NCBI GenBank assembly: GCA_002269645.1
Contig: NIVC01000473.1
Coordinates: 27,573 to 91,572 of the forward strand
Direction of reading: 5' to 3'
DNA length: 64,000 nucleotides
Source of the DNA: Macrostomum lignano
Lineage: Eukaryota
The translations under genes were made by a program, and so were the position numbers. Of the stretch, positions 49,208 to 61,669 are shown one piece after another (the stretch's first letter is position 1; each line of letters begins with the position of its first letter). Under the pieces are notes generated by a model, which worked only from the letters and a program-made list of their open reading frames with translations, was not told the origin of the DNA and made no database searches.

Positions 49208-49629
49208 GAAAAATGCTTTATGAAATTGAACCGCGGATCAGTGCTACAGTAAAACAACTACAACTGTCAATGGTCAAAGAAGTAGTAGAAGCATCGCATT
49301 TCCAATTTTTTAGATTTTCATGTTTACGATAAGAAAGCTAGTATTCTAAATTGAGGTAGCCAAAACTAGCTCATAAAAAGGAATATTTGGAAATATTATG
49401 GTGTGCAAAGACTTTTTGCTTTCGGCTTTAGTCGGAATTTTTCGTATCAATTTACTAAAATGGTTTTTTATCTTCTGTTGATTAAATACTGAAATATATT
49501 ACGATTTTGATACAGTTGGTATTAAATAAGGCGATTAAATCTCGTTATAAAATAGGCTCTGAACGAAAAACTGGTCGTGTCGCATCCCGCTATACATCCG
49601 GTCCAAATAAAAAGTTGATCAATTTATAT

Positions 49630-50596
49630 ATAACAACAACAACAACAACAAAATACGCGACTCCGCATGCAAAGTCACAGTTAAAGCAGAGCGCGTCAGA
49701 TGGCGCGCCGCAGAGCCTGAGAGTGGACGAAGTCCGCCCCGTTGGCAGTGTCGGGCGCCCCAGCGTCGCACAGCAGGCAGTCCACGTATCGACGGGCTTG
49801 AGCCTGAGCCCACCTGAACGGACACTCTGCAAGGTGAGCAGCAGGACGTCCTGAACAGGTTGGGGGCAGTAGCCCTCGGCCCGGATCACGTGGCCCGCCA
49901 GTTGAAGTCGCCGCCGGCGCAGGATGGTGGACGGGCGCTGCAGCTTGGCCAGATCGTACAGGGCCTCGGTCCCGACGCTCTCGTCAGCTCGAAAGGCCGC
50001 ATGGAGCAGCCCTGAGTGCGCCGAGTCCAGCTGCGGCTCCAACGTAGCCGTCAGCGTCCACATCTCGGCGTTATAAAGCAGGACGGTTTCGACCACCGCC
50101 TGCCACAGCCGAGCCCTCTGGCGGTCGGGCAGCGCTTCGGACTGGACGACGGCCCGGATCGAACGGAAGGCCGCCCAGGCAAGTCCTCTGCGCCGCCGGA
50201 GGTCCTCTTCCACGTGAGGCACCAGACCGCCGAGGTAGGTGAACCGCTGGCAGCGTGCGAGCCTGGTCGTCTGCACGTCTGCGCCGCGGCACGTCAGGTC
50301 CGCTGGGATGTCGTCCGGCACAGTCAGCACCTCGGTCTTCAGCGTGTTGACGATCAGACCGACGCTCGATGCCAGCTTGACCAGCCTGTCGATCTGGCGC
50401 TGGGCGCCTTCAGCGGACGAAGACAGGAGGGCGAGGTCGTCGGCGTAGCCAAGCACGCTTAGGTGCTTTTGGCCGTGGCGGCGACCGATGCGCCTGAGCA
50501 GCAGGAAGCCGTCGTTAGCCAGCGTGTCGCCCTGCAGAAGTCCTGATAGAGTGTCGAACAGTTCAGACAGGCCGTCCGCCGTCACCACAGCAGCTC
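49630..50596 (-). mobile_element. 5'-truncated RTE-like LINE with internal deletion, (TTG)n tail
   Basis: SGLLQGDTLA, LGYADDL, FTYLGG and VLLYNAE RT motifs; the segment after QGD is missing; ends in TTGTTGTTG repeats. Confidence 0.9.
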
Positions 50597-51851
50597 GAGT
50601 GCACTTTATATATCGCAATTTATGCATACTTTTATATTGCATTGTGCATTCGAATTGGACTTTAAAATGTTGCAGTTAAGTGATTTTAAACAACATACGC
50701 AATTTAGCAAAGAAGAACACAATTAAGCGGTCATCTAAGGATTTACATGTGAGATTCAACCATGAAAAACTAGCTACTCCACTCGTATATATAGAAAGTA
50801 AAAGATTTTCGAGTACCAAACTTCAAATGGCCTAAGCTATTCTAGGGGTTTTTCAGCCTTGGCTAACTCCTGTTTACCTCCGAGAGCTAGGAGAGAATGT
50901 CGTGACTTGAAAAAAACATTCCTTTGAAGTGTCACAGAGTGCTGTTAAACCCCAAAAAGCTACTTAGAATGGCTACAGAGATTTATATTCTAATGCCGCG
51001 TTTGTTGCCCGATTTTCTAAAGCTCTCCAGCGTGCCATGCTGCTACAGTTATAGCAAAAGTCCTCAATGGAAAGTAAATGCATTGTGTCGGAAAATACTA
51101 ATTGAAGCATGTGGATTGAATTGCTACTTATAGTAGTAAATATGCTTGTAGGGGCTTTTATTATACCTGATTTCAACACCAATCAGAGGGTCAATTTCAA
51201 AGGACCGAAATTTCATAAGACCGCATTTCAAATCGTAGAAAACTTAAAATAACAAGGACCATGTAGAATTTTCGGCGTTGTGAAACTTCTGTCTTATGAA
51301 CCCCCCCCCCCCCAATCAGTATTCTGATGTCTGTTAAAAAGTGTCAAGTTTGCTCGATCATTAGTTTCCACCATATCGATAATATCGTTTCCTTCATCCA
51401 TGGATTGTTCCATTATAGAAATCTGACTATCAGTGCAGAAGATGGTTCACAATTCAGAGATAAAAGTGTACAGACTATTGCAATTAAAAAATATTCTCGA
51501 AATTTCTAGTCTACAGAACGGTCTGTGGCACGAACTGTGTTTGGAAGTAAATTGCACGCAAAAAAATTTAGTTTTCGTTTGCTTTGGTTAATTAGCCAAT
51601 TTTGTACACTAGTTAAGCAGCTTCTGTACATACATGTTACGTAGGAGAAATACTCGTAAATCTGAACGCTCTAGGTGATATAAATTTATCGGTGCAGAGA
51701 GGAGTGTTCTAGTGGCGACGCAGAAAGCCTAAGTATTGCCATTTGCATCATTTCTTACACTAGATAAAGCAAAGATCGAAACTACGCAATTTCATATAAG
51801 TCGACATCACTACTTAGTATCTACAAAGTATTCACTCTGAAGCGCTGAAGC

Positions 51852-52449
51852 ATGGACTTCATCTCAACAACAGCAAAGTTCGTAGCCAAGCCAGCGGCGA
51901 TTATTGGCGCAGGACTTGTTGGCGGCCCAGGGGCGGCAGCCGCTGTGTCTGCTGCGTTCACTAGATGACCTTGTGGATGAGAATTACACAGGAGCTGCTC
52001 TCGACACAGCTCTACTGGCATTCGACGTTGCTGCATTAGCGACTCCTCTGACATCTACGACCTTAACTACTAAGAGCTCTGCAGCAAAGCAAGGAGCAGC
52101 CAAGACAGGAAAAGAAGTTGCAAAGTCCGGAGTAACTCATGGTCTAACGTGTACTGGAAACGTCACGCGCACTACGGTCAATGCAGGTGTGAAAGGTGCT
52201 GCAACCAAAAAGTGCGTAGAGACGTTCGGGAAAAACGCAGTTTACGAGGCCTGCACGACTGAAGTAAAAACTAAAGTCAAGAAGAAGCTGGTGGAAGAGG
52301 GCGGAAAAGTCCTGGTTGAAAAAACTGTTACTACTACGACGACAAAAGCCACGCCTGAAGCTATTAAAATCGGCAAAGAGGTCTTCGGCTACGCTAAAAC
52401 AGCTGAATTTGGTGTGAAAAACAAAGAACAAATTAAGCTCTTGCACTAA
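51852..52449 (+). CDS. Orphan ORF (~198 aa if corrected) split by a 1-nt frameshift near 51960; Gly/Ala-rich hydrophobic N-terminus, Lys/Thr-rich C-terminus
   Basis: ATG 51852 opens MDFISTTAKFVAKPAAIIGAGLVGGPGAAAAVSAA, then the +1 frame continues LDDLVDENYTGAALDTALLAFDVAALA...KLLH*. TATA-like ATATAAG ~55 nt upstream. Confidence 0.55.
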
Positions 52450-53259
52450 AGCTGTCAAGAAAAAATTAATTGATTAATTAATTCTAACTGGTCCGGACGG
52501 CGTCGGAAATTTCGAGAAACAGAAGGTTTACTTTCAAAATTTAACAAACAAAAAACAGTTTATCACCTTTACGCACTATCCTAGACTTTACAGTATAGTT
52601 TTTACCCTTCGAATATGTTTTTTTTCAAATACCAAGGACTGTCTTGTACTTTTGCTGGTTAGTAACACGCAAAATCTACTAGCGTACACTGATGTAACTT
52701 TAATGCGTACCTGTCATTTCGATTCTTTTTGTAATTTTACAAAATATCTCAATACGAAAAATTTTTTAATTCGAGAAAAATTTTTACTTTTTTATTACTA
52801 CTTGTAGTACTATAGTGCTCGCCCATTTGCATGCATCGATCTGTTTCTTTACATTTTTATCACTTTCTAGAATATTTTCTTTTTTCCCCCTCATACTTAT
52901 GCGGCATGTTGTGCGAAATTGTTTTATAATAACAAGTCAATTCTCAGTGCAAACGTGCAGTAAAACAATATATTAATAGTACTTGTTACAATGCGTAAAT
53001 ACATTACAGAACCGATCAAGCTAAATCTATGCATTCAATCAATATTTTTAGGCTTCATTTCAGAAGCCATAATAGTTCTTTAGTAATAGCTTTGTATTGC
53101 GAATTGCATATGCAGATAGCATTTTAGATAGATACAAACCATTTTTTAGTATAATTGACGTTATAGCAAGCATTATCGTTTAGAAATCTAAGTTTAGCGC
53201 ATCCTTGTTGAATTCTTATTTTTGAGATTGTAAAGCTCATTTTGACAACCAAGTTTAGC

Positions 53260-53880
53260 GTCTCTGATGAGAGTCTATAATGGTGTAGTTTGTGAGGCTC
53301 AGTTTGACTGTAGGACATACCGAGTTTAGCGTCTCTGGTGAGAGTCTATAATGGTGTAGTTTGTGAGGCTCAGTTTGACTGTAGGACATACCGAGTTTAG
53401 CGTCTCTGGTGAGAGTCTATAATGGTGTAGTTTGTGAGGCTCAGTTTGACTGTAGGACATACCGAGTTTAGCGTCTCTGGTGAGAGTCTATAATGGTGTA
53501 GTTTGTGAGGCTCAGTTTGACTGTAGGACATACCGAGTTTAGCGTCTCTGGTGAGAGTCTATAATGGTGTAGTTTGTGAGGCTCAGTTTGACTGTAGGAC
53601 ACACCGAGTTTAGCGTCTCTGATCAGAGTCTATAATGGTGTAGTTTGTGAAGCTCAGTTTGACTGTAGGACACACCGAGTTTAGCGTCTCTGATGATCAG
53701 AGTCTATAATGGTGTAGTTTGTGAGGCTCAGTTTGACTGTAGGACACACCGAGTTTAGCGTCTCTGGTGAGAGTATATAATGGTGTAGTTTGTGAAGCTC
53801 AGTTTGACTGTAGGACACACCGAGTTTAGCGTCTCTGGTGAGAGTATATAATGGTGCAGTTTGTGAGGCTCAGTTTGACT
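53260..53880. repeat. 71-bp tandem repeat, ~9 copies
   Basis: Period 71 (53321/53392). Confidence 0.92.
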
Positions 53881-54081
53881 AAAACATCGAAATAAACTCG
53901 TAAACTTGTAAATACGAAGTGTGCGCTTCTAAGCTCGTATGCAATATGTTGAATTAAATTTATTTTGAAACTGAAAAAGAGACGCCAACAGATACGGCTA
54001 TTTTAAAGTTCATTAACACTAATCTTGGAGTTATAAAGTTTGGTCAGAGCAACGCAGATTCGCAGATACGACCCGAGCGCA

Positions 54082-56886
54082 TCACAGAAGTGGAACTCCT
54101 CGCAGCAGCATCTCGCGACACGAATCTAGCAGAGGCAGCGCTTCAGCGGGCACTTCAGCCAGCAGCACTCGACCTCCTGGACCTGCGGACGCGATGGCCA
54201 TCACTGAACCAGTTAAACCCGGGGATGCCTTCGCTGGTCTGAAGGCCGTCAGAGCGCCGATGTGGCCGCCGCGACCAACTCTGCCGATCTCGCGGCCTCG
54301 TTCGTCGACTGCAGCCAGCCAGCCGTCATCGAGGACGAACGTCAACAACCTCAGCGCCATCGACTGTCGATGTCCGAGTGGCCTCGTGCGCACAGCGTCG
54401 GCCAGTTCGCCGAGCTGCTCGGACTGCAGGCCGGCCAGGGCTGGCGACGTGGACAGGGCTTCGACAAGGCGGCTACGACGTCTCTGCAGCCCCGGCAGGA
54501 CAATGGTGCGAAACGTGCGCCGGTCCAGAGTCCACAACGAGCCGGGCGTGATGGCTTTCACGCTGACCAGACTCGCTGGACCGTCGACTATGGCGATGCT
54601 GGATGCTGAGGGCAGCAGGGCGGACTCCCCGAAGCTGCCGGAGTCGCGGTAGCGGTGCATCAGTCGCACGGAGCCGTCGATGGTGGTCACCTCGGCGGTT
54701 GTCTGGAAGCTGCCGTCTCGAATGAGCAGAAATTGGTCGCCGGCCTCGCCGCGGCCGAGCACAGTCTCGTCTGCGGGTTTTGGACAAGGGCAAGGACTAC
54801 TGCTACATAGAAGACCCTGGATTGGTGTTGCTAAACATCTAACTGTGCAAGGACTTCTAATATAACAAGTGGAATTTCTATGCTACGAACTCATCAGAGG
54901 TGCTCTTTTAAGACCTGGGGGTAATCTCTCCAGATCTTGGTCTCCTATTCAGGTCAGGTACCCGTGGTTTTCTCAGTTGGTTGGTAGTCTCTTCAGGTAT
55001 TGGGGTAATCTCTTTAGTTAGAGGGTAGGAGGGTAATCTCTTCAGGTCGGAGGGTAATCTCTTTTTAAATCGGAGGGTAATCTCTTTTCAGATCGGAGGG
55101 TAATCTCTTTTCAGATCGGAGGGTAATTTCTTTAGGTCGGAGGGTAATCTCTTTTCAGATCGGAGGGTAATCTCTTTTCAGATCGGAGGGTAATCTCTTT
55201 TCAGATCGGAGGGTAATCTCTTTTCAGATCGGAGGGTAATCTCTTTTCAGATCGGAGGGTAATCTCTTTTCAGATCGGAGGGTAATCTCTTTTCAGATCG
55301 GAGGGTAATCTCTTTTCAGATCGGAGGGTAATCTCTTTTCAGATCGGAGGGTAATCTCTTTTCAGATCGGAGGGTAATCTCTTTTCAGATCGGAGGGTAA
55401 TCTCTTCAGGTCGGAGGTTAATCTCTTCAGGTCGGAGGGTAATCTCTTCAGGTCGGAGGGTAATCTCTTCAGGTCGGAGGTTAATCTCTTCAGGTCGGAG
55501 GGTAATCTCTTCAGGTCGGAGGGTAATCTCTTCAGGTCGGAGGGTAATCTCTTCAGGTCGGAGGGTAATCTCTTCAGGTCGGAGGGTAATCTCTTCAGGT
55601 CGGAGGGTATTCTCTTCAGATTGGAGGGCCATCTCTTCTCCCCCAAAACAGCCACATTAACCTTCTACATCATCCACAACAGAAATACAGCGATTTTAGT
55701 TTAAAACTCGAATTGGAACTGTGAATTTTATTTGTTTTAATTAGCCCATAAAAGCATATTTGAAGGTTAAATATCAAACCGATGAAAATTTAATGCGAAA
55801 AAGTTCAACGTGAAATTTTAACTGTCCAAATTTAAGGTGATCTGAGATTTTCAGCGCTATAGGCTACACTATTGTAAAACTGGGTACAAACCTGAGGCAG
55901 TTGATAAAGTCTAGAAATTGAATTTCGAAATCCTGATTTGTCACAATAGTTTCAATAGAGACTTTTTATATTTCTACAGTGTCTCAGTCTTAAAAAAATA
56001 CGTTTAATAAATCGAAAAAGCAACAAGAACAATAGCCATTGTACTGTTCAGGATATAAGTAAACTAAAATCTGCATGCATATAGATTAACAAATGTATCA
56101 ATCGAAACAGTACTCACTAGGCTGTACCAGCCTGACTCGCATTGAGTTAGCCAGCTGGTTGAGCAATGTGTCATCCAGTTCTTGAAGGCGATGTACACCG
56201 CGAAGTGCGGCCAGCAGTTGACGGTGTTCCTTTGGAGACAACTGAGATTTTTTCTGAGTATTTCAATGCAGATATAAGGCTCGTAAGCTTGGTGTGTTTA
56301 TTTCTATAAGCTCGAACAGTGGCTGTACTATCTGGGGCCACCTTGGCTTAACTTGTGGTAAAATGATTAACTAATCTATGATATTAATCTGTGATAGAGT
56401 GACTGTTTATTGATGGATGGACTGACTGTTTATTGATGGATGGACTGACTGTTTATTGATGGATGGAGTGGCTGTTTATTGATGGATGGAGTGGCTGTTT
56501 ATTGATGGATGGAGTGGCTGTTTATTGATGGATGGAGTGGCTGTTTATTGATGGATGGAGTGGCTGTTTATTGATGGATGGAGTGGCTGTTTATTGATGG
56601 ATGGAGTGACTGACTGGTTGATAACGGATTAAGTTAATGTTCACACAACCAAAAGAACCTGCTTATCATCAAATATCAATAGTGTATTGTGAAAAAACCT
56701 TGCACAATAACCACTAGTTATTGAGGCTAAATGCATTCTCACCGTCTCATCTTGACCCGAGCCAGGCCGATTTAACAGGCCAAGAAACTCGACAACGGAA
56801 TCTCCAACATCCACAACGCTGCGCCGTAGTGTGCAGGCCAGGTGAGTGGCCTGACCTGTCGACGGCAGCTGAAATTGGAAGGCCAT
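54082..56886 (-). CDS. Divergent PKA regulatory-subunit-like protein, tandem cyclic-nucleotide-binding domains (paralog A, ~318 aa)
   Basis: Exons 56886-56743, 56241-56118, 54770-54082 (phases 0,1; 957 nt). LLNQLANSM...NETVLGRGEAGDQFLLIRDGSF, GSFGESALL, SLWTLDRRTFRTIV and a second CNB-like repeat. Start codon uncertain. Confidence 0.8.
55030..55630. repeat. 21/23-bp minisatellite (GGAGGGTAATCTCTTCAGGTC) in intron 2 of CNB paralog A
   Basis: Directly visible; two length variants occupy separate blocks. Confidence 0.93.
56395..56615. repeat. 23-bp minisatellite (GGATGGAGTGGCTGTTTATTGAT) in intron 1 of CNB paralog A
   Basis: About 9 units. Confidence 0.9.
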
Positions 56887-57756
56887 ATCGGTCTAAGAAG
56901 CAAGCAGAAGCCTTGATGTCCTGTCCCAATTTTTATGCCAGTCCAGAGCACAGATGCCATGCCGGATGAGTTTCTGTCCAATCAGACAGGGCTTCATGAT
57001 AAGGCGGGAAATAATTTCGAAATTCTGTTGCTCCAACGAAATAGATACTTTATGATTTCTTGATCTCGTGTTCGCTGTTTATCTGGGACAGTTGGATGGA
57101 TAATAAGAATGTTTAAAAGTGTGTACATGTACAACCATTCAACAATAGCAACCCGCCAGCATCTCACATCCGACATCTTCAGCGAAAATGACTGACGCTT
57201 GTGAACATTTCATCCGTTTCTGACTAGAGATTTCTGTGTTTTTTTTAACAATGCAAAAAATTATTCAGATTACGACAGATTCCAATTACTTCTATGCACT
57301 TTTATAGATATCAAAATGCTAAAAGATTATCACATACCAAATTTTTTATTCCAAAACGGCGATACCGGGCAGACAGGATTCATAAATGGAGTTCATAATC
57401 GAAATTGAAGAAAACATTCCGATCCAGTACTACAGAGAAAATGCGTTTTCCACTTGCTACGGTGCCCCGCTCAGCCCGACGAGCGCTAAATGCATAAATC
57501 GAGTATTTAACTGCTGAATAAGTCAGTTGACAAGGCCCGGGTAATTGACACAAGGCCCCACCAGGGCATTCTAATGAGAGCTCAAATATTAAAATTATGT
57601 CAAATCCTTGTAATCGATATTGTGCTTAAGAATTGTGCTCAACTGCAGACTACTCTCAGTAGCATGCTATTAAAATTAGTTCAGAGGTTCTAGGCTTTAG
57701 TTTTACTCTTTTAGTCTGCCTCTCCACTCTCACAATCAGTCTTTAAATCTGCCGGT

Positions 57757-59380
57757 CGCATCAACTGGACTGCTGTTCCGCGGCCGTTTGAACTGCGGCA
57801 CACACCTCCGCGTACTCGGCACCTCCCCGCTTGCCGCCGAGCGCCCCTGTCCTTGAGCCAGTATGGCAAGACGACCCCGCGATTCGGCAAGCAAGAGCTG
57901 GAGAGACTCCGTTTGAGCAGGCGATTAACCCGCGAGGCAGAGGTGGCTAATTTGGCGGCTGTCTATCTGCAGCTCCAGCAGGGTGCTGTTGATGACGCCA
58001 TTCGGGCCGTCTCTGCCGCTGGGCCCGATGCCGGAGGCCGTGTGGCCCGGTCGGCTATCAATGCTCTGACGGGGCGAAAGCGGCGCATTCCGCTCAACCT
58101 GGCAGGCGACTCTGCAGACGAGCGCAGGAACGAGCTGCGTGAGTTCTTCGCCGCCATCGTCAATGCGCCGCCACCGCCGCTGCCAGACAGTCTGACGCTG
58201 CCGCCGGAGATGCCGCTGCCGGCTGAGGAGAGCTTCAGCCTAGCACCAGTCAGCACAGCCGACGTTGTGAGGCTCACCCAACAGTCACCAGGCGGGAAAG
58301 CGCTGGGTCCGGACGAGGTGCCCATCGAGGCGCTGCGCATCCATTGTGTGGCCAGTGAGGTCGCCAGAGTGATGAATCGCGTGCTCTTCGGTGAGGCGGC
58401 ACCCAACGAATGGACCACGTAGCACATCGTCGCAGTTCCTAAGAAGCCAGGCACCACGAGGCTTGAGGAGCATCGAGGTATCTGCCTTCAGTCGTGCGCT
58501 GCGAATTCGCCTCGGTCGTCAGGTCTGTGCTCCCAAAGGTGCTCCGTGCGTAAAACGTCCCAGAGCAGCGGATTTCCGCCATCATGGCGATGTACCGTGA
58601 TACGAAAGCTGCTGTTTCAACACCGGACGGCCTATCGGACTTCTTTGAGACATCCTCCGGGGTGCTTCAGGGAGATACGCCTGCGCCGTTCCTGTTCGTT
58701 CTGGTGCTTGACTGGGTGCTGCGGACCGCTCTTCCTACCAACGAAGACGGCTTTCTGTTGCGGCGACGCGTGGGTCGACGTCAACCGGAGAGACGGCTCA
58801 GCGAGATTGGCTACGCCGACGATCTCGCGCTGCTGTCCTCAACTGTCGAGCGCGCCCAGCGACAACCGGACAAGCTAGTTGCTGTTGCGGCGAGTGTCGG
58901 CCTGGTGGTCAACACGCAGAAGACTGTCGCGCTCTGCGTGCCGGACGACATCGAGGCTGCGATTTTGTGCCGAGGCGCTGATAGACAAGCGACGGAGCTC
59001 CCGTGTTTTCAGAAGTTCGTCTACCTCGGCGGTCTGGTTCCCGGCGTCCGCAAAGATTTGCGGCGTCGCCGCGGGCCTGCCTGGGCTGCCTTTCGTTCTG
59101 TGAGGGCAGTTCTGCAGTCCGAGGCCTTACCTGACCGCCAGAGTGCGGCGTTGTTCCAGGCGGTGATCGAGACCGTCCTGTCGTACAACGCCGAGACCTG
59201 GACGCTGATTGTTGAACAAGTTGACGCAGTGCACGCTGGCCTGCTGCGTGCCGCCTTCAAGTTTTGTATCACTGCGCCGGCCTGGTCTTGGCCGGATTTG
59301 GCCGGCGGCGTGGCGTTCACTCGCGACCTGGCCCTGAGGCGCGCCCTGCGACACCCTGTGACATTGAACGCGTATTTTAA
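57757..59380 (+). mobile_element. RTE-like LINE fragment with premature stop and internal RT deletion
   Basis: GKALGPDEVP, EWTT*HIVAVPKKPG, RGICLQSCAA, then a jump to MAMYRDTK...GVLQGDTPAPFLF...GYADDL...FVYLGG. Confidence 0.92.
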
Positions 59381-59989
59381 TATTGTTGAACCCGCCTCTC
59401 CGCTCTCCTCCCTAACTCCTGGAATCTGTCTTTTTGTTCCCTATTTTGTTTTCTTTTAAAGCCGCAAGCAAAAATCTTTTCAAACCATTAAAATCGTGAT
59501 GCAAATTGCGCAGAAAATCACCTGCCTAAATGTTGGATTGCTGTATAGAAAATATCTAGAACATCTCCGGTTCGGTTAGTGCGTCACTTATAAAAATGTT
59601 TTTTTTGTCGGAACACCTGCGTACAATTACTTGTGTATAATTGATCCAAAATGCTCGAGGCTATAAATCCCCCTGGTTTTAAGATAGAAATGAAAATTTT
59701 CTAACACAAAGCTTAAGACATGGACGCAAAAACGGAAATTGGGAAGGCAGCGACGATCATTGTATCCGCTGTGTTGGAGTTTGCGGATCGAGAGGAGTTT
59801 CAACTTGTTGCCGACACAGTTGCCAAACTGGTGAGAAGGCTGCTGCCGCTTGTTGGCAGGGACAAACTACTGGCACGTGTGATGCATCAACAGGAGACAG
59901 TCTTGCTGGTGAGAGTTTCCTTTTGTTCTCGGGGCGCAGTAGAGATGAAGAGAGAGGAACGGAGAGGCTGAGGAGAAAAGAAGGAAGAG

Positions 59990-60230
59990 AGGGAGGCAGA
60001 GTTGGAAAGAGGAAGGGAGATAGGAAGGGAGAGAGGAAGGGAGAGAGGAAGGGAGAGAGGAAGGGAGAGAGGAAGGGAGAGAGGAAGGGAGAGAGGAAGG
60101 GAGAGAGGAAGGGAGAGAGGAAGGGAGAGAGGAAGGGATAGAAAAAGGAAGGGAAGGAGAGAGGAAGGGATAGAAGGAAGGTAAGGGAGAGAGGAAGGTA
60201 GAGAGGAAGGGAGATAAGGAGGGTGAGATC
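59990..60230. repeat. (GGAAGGGAGA)n polypurine tract in intron 1 of paralog B
   Basis: 10-nt period, purine-only strand. Confidence 0.95.
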
Positions 60231-60579
60231 CAAATTAGCCTGGTTCGCTAGTTCGATATGTTAGATACATATGTTCGCTATGTTCGTTATGTTAGATAGG
60301 TTCGCTAGTACATGTATGTTAGACAGAACCGAATAAAAACCACAAATTCGACAGGGCCTGCTGCAGACTCAGACGCATTCCGGATTTCAACGCTCTCGAG
60401 GAGACTGACCTTGGCGGCATCGCCGATGCGATGCGACAGTTAACTGTGCTGCAAAGTGAGTGCAAATAGTTCAGTTCATGTTGCATTTGTCTTAATTGGT
60501 TGCTTTTTTAGCAGCGGTACATGTACATGTAAATTGGAGAGCTGGGAGAGTTGCATGGAGGATCTTAATGAGACCCTAG

Positions 60580-60940
60580 CACACCCACTTCACTCCGGCG
60601 TGTCTGATTGGTCAGTGGGCTTTACCCAGCACACTCACCTCACTCCGGCGTGTCTGATTGGTCAGTGGGCTTTACCCCAGCACACCCACTTCACTCCGGC
60701 GTGTCTGATTGGTCAGTGGGCTTTACCCAGCACACTCACCTCACTCCGGCGTGTCTGATTGGTCAGTGGGCTTTACCCCAGCACACCCACTTCACTCCGG
60801 CGTGTCTGATTGGTCAGTGGGCTTTACCCCAGCACACCCACCTCACTCCGGCGTGTCTGATTGGTCAGTGGGCTTTACCCCAGCACACTCACCTCACTCC
60901 GGCGTGTCTGATTGGTCAGAAGGTTTTACTCAGCACTATC
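60580..60940. repeat. 50/51-bp tandem repeat, 7 copies, each with an inverted CCAAT, in intron 2 of paralog B
   Basis: TGTCTGATTGGTCAG at 60601, 60651, 60702, 60752, 60803, 60854 and 60905. Confidence 0.92.
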
Positions 60941-61669
60941 TGGGAGAGTCAGTGTAGCTCACTGTATAAAGCAACCCCATCCCCACAGACGAAACGCTGA
61001 CAGGCAGCCCCAGCTCCGCCAAGCGGCTGGTAATTGAAAGCGGCAGCTACCGCCTCGAGACGAGGCAGCGACAGCCAGACGGCTCCGAGATGGTGTCCCA
61101 CGAATACTTCAGCAGCGGCAACTACGATTTGACTGGTAACTCCGCCATTTCAGTAACGTCAATAACGGCTGGTTCTCTGTGGACGCTGGAGCTCCGATTG
61201 ATCATGCCGACAGTGCGTCGTCGGCGACGCCAGCTCAGTCTGGCCAGATCGCCAGCTCTAGCCGGTCTTTCAACCGAGCGTCTGGCGGCCTTGACCAGCG
61301 GCTTCCAGATTCTGCAGCCTGGCATGCAGTCGGTTAGACGGCCTATTATTCGTTGTCGACGGTGGCTGCGTCGATGTACTCGGCGATGACGGCTGTCGGA
61401 TTAGCCGAGTTGACATCGGCGGTCATTTGGCTGCCGGCGACAAGGGGCCGACGATCGGCAAGCCGACGGCTCGACTAGCCGCGGTGGCAGCAGGTGGAGC
61501 TCTGGGCAGTGTGAGAGTGGCCAGGGTTAGCGGTACAGCGCTGCTGCGGCTGCTGCTGGAGTGTCCCGGACTGCTGCACTGCGGCACCGCGGCTTGCGGA
61601 CCGCAGACCGCCTGTCGGGAGCACTGCGAGGGTTGCCGCTTCCAACTATAACCATATTATTGATGTTTA

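Larger units (their letters stand above)
59720..61651 (+). pseudogene. PKA regulatory-subunit-like CNB paralog B, more degenerate, 1-nt frameshift near 61333
   Basis: Exons 59720-59908, 60323-60455, 60989-61651, with the same phases (0,1) and homologous junction (TVLQ|N-ET versus LVQP|N-ET) as paralog A. Shared motifs SITAGSLWTL and SPALAGL. Confidence 0.7.

Noticed and set aside
50710-51110. Apparent decayed reading frame (PLVYIESKRF...)
   Set aside because: Four stops in ~120 codons is near random expectation, and no family is recognised.
45315-53880. CRISPR-like appearance of the 52-bp and 71-bp arrays (and others)
   Set aside because: Units repeat head-to-tail with no unique spacers, there are no cas genes, and the context is eukaryotic.
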